A DNA stretch of 64,000 bases, from contig MCFH01000013.1 in the NCBI GenBank assembly GCA_002104945.1, positions 620,001 through 684,000 of the forward strand, read 5' to 3'. This stretch comes from Piromyces finnis finn. Taxonomy: Eukaryota > Fungi > Neocallimastigomycota. Of this stretch, positions 54,665 to 64,000 are shown piece by piece; position 1 is the stretch's first letter, and the number at the start of each line of letters is the position of its first letter. The notes under the pieces are model-generated. The model did no database searches, was not told the origin of the DNA, and saw only the letters and a list, made by a program, of their open reading frames with translations. A program made the translations under genes and the position numbers.

Positions 54665-56511
54665 TTATTAATAATGTTCATGAAAAAAAAAAAAACAATT
54701 TTCATTTTTTATTTATTATTTTAAACTTTACTTTCTATTTTCTTTTTTTTTAAAAAAATTAAATTCTTTATTTTCTGTTTTTTATCTTAATATCTTTTTT
54801 TCTTTTTTCATAAATTGAATAAAAAAAAAAAAGAACAAATACTTTCTTTTTTATATTTAAATAAAAGCAAATTTTATTTACTTTTATTGTTATAAAATTC
54901 AAAATAAAAAAATATTTCAAGTATTTGGTTGAATGAAATTAGAAATTATTAAATTTTATATTTTCGTTTTTTCACCTCTCTATTTTTATTAATAGTAAAA
55001 AGAAAAAAGAAAGGAATTTTATAGCAAAGGTAAAAACAGAAATAAAATTAAATTTCAAACATATAAAAAATAAAATAATAAAATAAATAAAAGAAAATAA
55101 ATTGAAATAAAATCAATTTATAATAAAAATTAATTTTATAAAAAAATAAGAGTATAAATATTCATCAAAATAGAACTACAGTAATAATAATGTGTAAATA
55201 TCTATAAAAAAATAATATAATAATTGATATATAGATATATAACTCAAAATTTTAAAACTTAAATAAAATTAAAAATAATTGCAAAAAATACAAAAGTTAA
55301 TTCTATATATATAATGTTTAAATAATAAAATCCCGAAAATTTAAAACATAATAATTTTAGATAAATAACAATAATTAAAATTTTTAATCTAGTACAAAGA
55401 AATAATAATATAAATATATAAATTATAAATATATACATTAGTTTAAATTATAGATAAGAGTTTATTATTCAAAATATAATTATTACATATTAAAATGTAA
55501 GATTAATTTATCATCAATTTATTTATTTTATTAAAATAAAAATAAACCTTATATTTTTTTTTTTAAAAAAAAAAAAATACTACTACTCACAAAAAAACTA
55601 ACTAAATTTATTATAAATATTTTTCTTTATAAAAAATAATAATAATAATTAAACAATAAACGAAAAATTGTATAAAAACGCCTTTTATGTAAATTTCCGT
55701 TGAATAATATTTTATAACACTAAATTAACGAATCAAAGAAATAAAAACAGAAATAAAGTGAGAAAAGACAAAATTAAAAAAAAAAGAAAGAAAGAAAGAA
55801 AGAAAGAAAGAAAAATAAAAAGAAAAAAAAAAAGAAAAAGAAAAAAATGAAATATCAGTAAAATTTAAAATAATAAAACAGGTAATATATAAATATAAAT
55901 TTATAATTATTGTAACAAAAATGTATTAATTTTAAAAATATTTATTCTTATTATTAAAAGATTTTCAGAAAGGATATTATTTTATATATATTGTTAATTC
56001 ATTTTTTCCAGATTTTAACAATTCAATTTTACAATAGACTTTTTAAATATTTGTTAAGAATTTATTCAATCACTGTTTATATTCCTTTAACCCTTTTATA
56101 GAGTATATATTTATATTAACAATAGAAATTTTGAAAACTTTATCAAAAAAATAAAATAACATAGTAATTTATTTTAAAAAAAATCAATAAGAAAAATTTT
56201 GAAATAAATCTTTATAGCGTACTACTTTATAGATTTTTTTTTTTTTTTTTCAATACTACTAATTATTAATTTGTTTGTTTATGAATCTTCTATTGAAAGT
56301 TCATTAATATTTACAAATTAATAATTAAAAATTAGATTAAAATACAAAAGGTAAATAAATAATATCAATGAAATAAAAATTTTTAAATAGTTATTTATTT
56401 ATTAAAAAAACATATATATAAATAATTTTATCATTTCAAAGATATACCTTTCAATATTATAATTTATATTTTATAATAAAAATAAAACAAATAGAAATAT
56501 AATATAATAAA

Positions 56512-59500
56512 ATGGATCCTTTAGGAGTTGGAGATACTCATCTCTCTAAAAAAAAGGCTAACAATCCAATGTTTAGTCATACAACAGGTCAAAGTTCAAA
56601 TGCATCAACCCGTAAACAATATTACGAAGGAAGTAGCACAGGTTTAAATAAATATACAATGACTATGGGCAATCCTAGTTCAAATGGTAAATTAATTCCA
56701 AATATTATTAATTAAATAATAATATGATTTAAAAAAAAAAATATTATTTCTAATTATATTGACATAAATACTTATGTTATTATATATATTATAATAACAT
56801 ATAATACCGAAAATTTCAATGTAAAATAATCAATATCACTTTTATTAGCTAACATGCAAAATAATTTTGACTATAATAATAATGGTGAAATGAATCAAAA
56901 TTATCCATCTTATGGTGGTAATATACCAAGTAGTAGTAATAATCCAAATAATCCAAATTATAAGCCAAGTGGAATATTAGGTAAAAATTTTTTAAAACCT
57001 CGCTATAATGGATCACCACCAACACAACCACAACCCACAACAGCTACTCATTACCAAAAAAAATCCATTGGTTCATCTAAATCATTAAATAGTAGTATGA
57101 CAAATCTTAGTTCATCAGCATCATCCCTATATTCACATGGAAATGTAAATACACCCAATGCTCTTCAAAATCAACACTTTTATGCATCATCACCTAATTT
57201 AACAACTAATACTATAAATAATGGGCAATTAAATACTATTCAACCATCAAAATCAATTCATGATTATGGCATTTTTTCAAAGGTAAAAAATATTATTTAT
57301 ATTTATTAGCTAATGATAATTGATCAAAAATATTAATATCAATTATTTATAAAAATAAATAACATATTTGTTTATCATAAATATTTTAATACATAATGTA
57401 ATAGAAAGTAAGTAAAATTAATATAAATTTTAAATGATGTTTTTAACAATTTAATAAAAAAAAAAAAATTAATGATAAATTAACAATAAATATATATTTC
57501 TATAGAAAAAAGAAAGACCAAAATTACCACAAGAACAAATAACAGGAGCAACAGATGGTATAAATAAAATATAATTAATAAACAATTTTAAAATTTGATT
57601 ATCTAATATATGAATATTTATTTATATATATATATATATATTTTTTTTTTTTTGTTTTGTTTTGTTTTGTTTTGTTTATTATATTATTTAATATTATGTA
57701 GTCATTGATTTTAGTGATTTTATAAGTGATCCTAATCATGTACCATTAGAATGTGTGTCATTACCTGCACTTGCAAATTCAAGTTCAAGTCAAAATTTAA
57801 ATAAAGGAGATAACTCACAACATATATTTAATCCATCTATGAACCAAACAGTAATGACATCATCATGGTTACCACCTGATTCATGGGATGTAAAATTAGA
57901 CGAAACTATGGCACCTATGAAAGAAAATATTTCAGAGCAACTTGGTAATCAAGGACATAATGAATTCAGTAATTCAAATCAAGAATTAAGTTTGATTCAT
58001 AATGGATCTGTTAAAGATACTGAACCATTCCAAACACCTGAAGATATTTATTACGATAGTCACTATAGTAATGTTAAAGTTAATGAAGATCAAAAAAATG
58101 TAAGTAAAATTAATTATTTTAAACTTTAAATTTGTAACTATATTTTAATATGTATAATGTATAATAATGTTAATTGGTTCTAACCATTATTTATCTTCAA
58201 AATTAATTAATATATATATAAAAAAAAAAAAAAAAAGAATTACATTCGTGTATTCAAAACAGATTTAACATTTACAACTGTCATGTGTTATTTAAATTCA
58301 AACGCGGATCAAGTTTGTAAAAAAGTTGCTGCTAAATTCTTTATTAATGATTATAATAAATACAATTTAGTAGTTATCAGAAATAAATTGGGTAAATATT
58401 ATCTTTAAAATTATAGAAATATTTAGTATAATGAGATAAAATAGATATAGAAAATTTATTAATAAAATGTATTTCATAATTTATATATATGTATGTATAT
58501 TTATATATTTAGAGAGAATTATAAAACCAAATGAATATCCATTATTAATGCAAAAGCGTTGGCTCGAACGCTTAGGCTATACTTCATTAGATAAGTTGGA
58601 CTTACAAGGTCGTGAAGATAATAGTTACTGCTATCGTTTTATTTTTAAGGAAATACAAATTGGAAGAGAGATTTCACCCGACTATTGGAAACTTCCAGAA
58701 ATAAAAGATAATCCACATGTTAATCTAGCAGGATTTGGACTAACAATTTTACCCGTATATTTATTCCAAAATGCTCCTGAAATTATTTCATTAGATTTAT
58801 CTCGTAATCTTAATATACAAGAATTGCATTCAGATTTAACTCCATCTTTAACTTCATTAAAATCACTTTCCCTTTCCCACAACAGAATACACAATTTCCC
58901 AAGAAACATTCATTGTATCACTACCTTAACACATATTAATTTAAGTTTTAATCGTATTCGTACCTTGGAACACACTGGTATTGAACATTTAAAAAATCTT
59001 CTTGTACTAGAACTTCAATGTAATTTAATTGAAGATATTCCAGAAGCTCTTGCAAAAGGTTGTCAACGTTTACAATATATTAGTTTATCAAATAATAGAA
59101 TTAAAAGTATTCCTGTTTCATTTTTCCATAATCTCAGAAGAGTTTTACGTCATTTAGATATATCATTTAATCGTCTTGTTGGTAATCTACCTCCAGAAAT
59201 TAGTGAATTAGAAGTATTAGAAATTTTAAGATTAAATGGTAATCATATGGATGGTGATATACCAAAACGTTTATCTGAATGTCTTCAATTACGTGAATTA
59301 GATTTAAGAGGTAATCGCTTTGGCTCAATAATGACATATGACCAAGATGGAACTGAAATTTTAACTGAAACTGAAAATTACGCCCAAACAATGGAAGTAT
59401 TAAGTGAATGTAAGAAATTAGAAATTTTATTATTAGATGGTAATCCAATTCGTTGGATAGGAAAAATGTCAGCTGTTGAAGATGCACAGTATGAAATGAG

Positions 59501-62500
59501 CGCAAATATTGATCCATCAAAGTTTATTGATTTCCCAGTACTTAAAAAGTTTAGTATGTCCTATCGTTTAAGCACTGGTAATCAAAAACCAATGGTTTTC
59601 CGTATAACTAATATAACCGGTACTCTCACAGAACTTAATCTTTCATTCTGCGGATTAGAAATTCTTCCAAATAATTTCTTTACAAAACTTACTGGTATTG
59701 AACGTTTAATTTTAGATGGTAATCGTTTACGTGAATTACCAAATTTCTCATCTTCTGTTCATGTTCATCAAAAAGAAATTCGCCAAATTGGACCTTTCAG
59801 AATGCGTCACCTCTCCATTTATTATAATCATTTAATGGCACTTCCTGATGATATTGGTGAATTAGTTGAATTGGAATATTTAGATGTTCGTTCCAATCAC
59901 CTCAAAACATTCCCTGACAGTATTTGGCAATGTGGTAAATTACGTTCAATTAATGCTACTTCTAACCAATTAGAGCAATTCCCTATACCAATTAATGATG
60001 AAAATGATGCTACCTCTGTTAAAACTGGAATGTCAGAAGCTACTTTAGTTGCTAGAAGACAAAGAAGAATGACAACAAATATTTCTATTCAAGCATTTCC
60101 ACCATTATCTTTCTCTCTTTTAGCACTTTTCTTAGCAGATAATCATTTAACAGAAGATTTATGTTTAGCTCTTTTCTTTATGCCAAATTTAGTTGTTTTG
60201 AATGCAAGTTACAACGACATTTCTGATATTACTGCATGGTTTGACTGTGCTCCACCTACCCCATTAGTTGAACAACCATCATATGCTTATAAATCATCAA
60301 GAGCCCAAGCATCTTCAACTTGGTTTTCACATTTGCAAGAATTATATTTATCAGGTAATAATATTATTACCTTACCAGGTGAAATTGAAAAATTACGTAA
60401 TCTTACATGGCTTTTCCTTGATAATAATAAGCTTTCAACAATTCCTGGAGAAGTTGCAAAATTAAATAAACTTTGTGCTTTTGATGTTGGTGGACAAGGT
60501 GGAGGTCGTGGAGAAGGAAGTGGTCTTCGTTATAATATTAATAATTGGCCATACGATTGGAATTGGTAAGTTAAATTTATAGTTAATTAAATTATAATAA
60601 CTATTATTATATTATATTTTATATTGTTATAATAAATTATTCATTTTAAAAACATATATATTATATATATATATATAAAGGAGTTGGAATTTAGAATTAA
60701 AATACTTAAATCTTTCCGGAAATAAAAGACTTGAAATTACACCAAATGCACATAATCAAAAATTAATACCATTCGATAAAGATAATAAACGATTAATGGG
60801 TTCAACAAATAAAATTGATTTACCATCAAGACATCAAGCTGCAGGATATGGTCTTTATGAAAATGACTTAGACCAAAGTCAATCTATGAATATTTCAATT
60901 TCCCAAAGAAAAAGTTTAAGTAACTTTACTACATTAACTAATTTAAGTATGTTAGGTTTAATGGATGTAACATGTTTGATGGTTCAAATTCCAGATGAAA
61001 ATGATCAAAGAAGAATCAGAACCACAAGTAGTGAAATTCCTCAAACTGGTGTTCCAGGCGGTATTATAAAATACGGTATTAGTGATACATTATGCAGATT
61101 TGCCAGTGAAACAACAAAACGTGAATCTCTATACATTAGTCGTGAACAAGCAAATAATGTACGTGATTCTACCTATTTTGCAAACACAGCAATTGGTGTT
61201 ATTCCAAAAGAAAAATATTTCCTTGGTATTTGGGATGTTGTCATACCTCAATTCCGTAATATGGATAATGAAGCATTATTTGGTATATTTGATGGTAGAG
61301 GTACAGAAGATGGTACAAAATTAGCAGAATATCTTTTCCGTTTATTCGCCGGTGATTTCCAAGTAGAATTAAAGAAGGTTGAAGAATCTTTAATTAGAGA
61401 AAGAAACCATATGAAACCATACTCAAGAAACAAAGAACCAATAGTTTTAGATCCCAATAGCATTAAAAGTGCAATTAGAAGAACATTTTTGGGTTTAAAC
61501 AAAGAATTGGGAGAAAAATTCAGAACTTCTGTATCTAATAAAAATCGTAGTGAATACAACAAAAACTTTAATGAAGATAATGATGATGAACTTTTTGGTT
61601 GTTCAGCTGTTATTGTTTATATGGTAGGTGACCGCAAAAAGGAAACTTGTTCACTTTATGTTGCAAATGTTGGTGATGGTACTTGTATTTTAAGTAAAGC
61701 TGGTGGTAATGCTCAAGTTATTAGTAGATCATTCAAAGTTGGTAATGTTATGGACTGGGCATCTTCTAGAGTATATGATCAAAACCAAAAAGTTAGTAGT
61801 AGTTCTTTATCAACATATTCTCTAGAAAATCATCGAGTTCTTCAACAATCTGTTAATTCTAGTCAAGGTTCACTTGCAGGTAATGTTTATACATCATCTA
61901 ATTCTGATTCCCCAAAATTTATTGCTGGTCTTGGCGATGAAATGGAACGTATTCAAAATGCAGGAGGTTGGATTACTAGTGATGGTTTAGTAAATGGAAA
62001 AACAGATGTTACACGTGCCTTTGGTTACTTTAATTGTTTAGGTAGTTTAAATGCTAGTCCATGGATTGTTAAAATGGAATTAGACTTTGGAGATAATAAT
62101 CAAAATGGTACTGGTATCCATCTTACCTCAGAATCTGATAAGCATGATGAAGAAGCAGCAGACATAAAGCTTAAACTTGGTAATAATCATAGTGATGAAT
62201 TCTTAGTATTGACAAATGGTGCTGTATTAGATGCAATTCGTTGTGGTGCCGACGCTAATAATAATGAAACCCCTGGATTTAGTTTATGTACATTAGATGA
62301 TACTGCACAAATTATTGTTGATATTGCAAGAAGTGCATTAGGTAATGAAAGTAGCAAGCGTAATAAAGGTACATATCAATATCAAGGTATTAGCAAGAAT
62401 GCTAGATCAACAACCGGTTGGGGTGCAGCAGCAACTAAAATTAGAGATGTTGCATTAAGTCACGGTGCATATGGTGCAAGAACTACAATAAATGCAAATC

Positions 62501-64000
62501 AAAAAGTCAAGTCAAGTAAAGGTATGATGGTAATGGTGTTAGGTTTAAGAGATTTAGTTGAGACAGCACAAAGATGGATAGGCGCTAGACGTGGCTCAAC
62601 TGAAACTGGTTCTGATAGTTTAGAGTTAATGAGCCTAAAAAGACGTGGTAGTGATGCTGCCATAAAAATGGGAAAAAGAAAGGATGGAGAATTATCTATT
62701 CCACCATCAATTGAACCACCAACAGGTCAATTAGCTCTCGTTTTTACAGATATTAAGAATTCGACAGCATTATGGGAAACACATGCTATAGCTATGAGAA
62801 ATTCAATTAAATTACATAATATGAGAATGCGTGCATTATTAAAACAATATGGAGGTTATGAAGTTAAAACAGATGGTGATAGTTTTATGGTTAGTTTTGT
62901 AGATTTAATGTCAGCTGTTCAATGGTGTTTAGATGTTCAAACCGAACTTATTAAAATTGATTGGCCACCAGAAATTTTAGAAAGTGAAGATGGGGAAGAA
63001 ATTTGGTGGGATACCATTAATGGTGAACCAGTCTATGATGACGAATATCTAGATGATGAAGATATTGATGATGATATAGATGATGACCTTAATGATGATG
63101 ATGAAGATAATTTAATATATCAAGAAAAAGAGGATATTCCATTGGAAACTAGAATAGCCATGAGAAAAAAGAATAGTATTGCATTATTATTTAGAGGTCT
63201 CTGTGTTCGTATGGGTATTCATTATGGTACACCATTGTGTGAAATGGATCCAACAACAGGTCGTATGGATTATTTTGGACCTATGGTTAATCGTGCCTCT
63301 AGAATTTGTTCAGCCGCACAAGGAGGACAAATCTTTATCAGTTCAGAAGTTGTCCGAGAAATCACTAAAAGAAAAGGAGGTGATCCATCATTAATTAGAA
63401 TGAATAATACATTAGATGAAAAGATTGCTGATTCTATGAATATTAAAACATGGATTATTGGTGAAAAGAAATTAAAAGGTTTGGAAACACCAGAAGTACT
63501 TCATTGTATGTATCCTAAACAATATTACTTACGTCATGATTACTTTACTTGGATGCAAAACCAAAAGCAAGAAAGTACTAATAATATTGGAAATCTCATG
63601 GATATTCGTATGAATCCAATAGATATCAATTCTTTAAAAATGAATCGTAGTTCAGAACCTACTAGAATTGATAGAAACTATGTACAAACTCTTGGTAATT
63701 TATGTCTACGTTTAGAGTTTTTAGCTGTTAATGCTCAAAATATCTGTTTTAATAATCAAAACTTTGATGAAAGAATACCCGTATACCCATATCTCATTAA
63801 TTCATCAAGTATATCTATTCCAATAGAAGCTACAGAAAAGGAATTAACAGCTGCTCTTGAAGGAATAGCTATACGTATTGAGAATGCTGTAAGTATTCTT
63901 ACTTTAATTCAAAGTAGTCCTCTTAATCGTATATTAAAAACTCTTGGTTCATATATTGATGTAAGTCCTAATCAAATATTGACCGCTTTACAAGAATATG
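56512..64000 (+). CDS. CYR1: Fungal adenylate cyclase (G-alpha-binding motif, Ras-association, LRR, PP2C-like, class III catalytic domain); truncated by the window end
   Basis: SWLPPDSWDV; RA domain YIRVFKTDLTFTTV...ERIIKPNEYPLLMQKRWLERLGY; long LRR array; [24 protein letters not shown]; PP2C-like LFGIFDG, LYVANVGDG, DVTRAFG; catalytic PPTGQLALVFTDIKNSTALWE, GGYEVKTDGDSFMV, VRMGIHYG, RMDYFGPMVNRASR. Exons join in phase from ATG 56512. Confidence 0.96.

Noticed and set aside
55847-55890. MKYQ* mini-ORF and CAG|GTAATA donor upstream of CYR1 (possible uORF in a spliced leader)
   Set aside because: The transcript start is unknown and such short signals are common here.

Overview
Very AT-rich, intron-dense fungal nuclear DNA. 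The composition (non-coding DNA almost pure A/T, many homopolymers and microsatellites) and gene set suggest an anaerobic gut fungus (Neocallimastigomycota); this is an inference. Ten protein-coding loci could be reconstructed by hand: HSE1/STAM (VHS-UIM-SH3), a full-length ABCA-family transporter, an intronless 1075-aa disordered orphan, two nucleotide-identical inverted copies of a 128-aa secreted Cys-rich protein, a DENND6-family protein, a Kin4/Ppk1-like kinase, HIR1/HIRA, RAV2/ROGDI (absent from the ORF track because its exons are small) and adenylate cyclase CYR1 (runs off the window end). Two things stand out. (1) A 595-bp, ~42% GC insertion at 37196-37790 has a tRNA-like head, a structured body, a 3' stem-loop, a 60-nt poly(A) tail and a perfect 15-bp target-site duplication, i.e. 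an apparently young tRNA-derived SINE. (2) The head-to-head gene pair at 22156-24890 has 100% identical CDSs but diverged flanks, which suggests gene conversion between palindrome arms. Exon boundaries were read by eye and family assignments come from recalled motifs; no database search was run.
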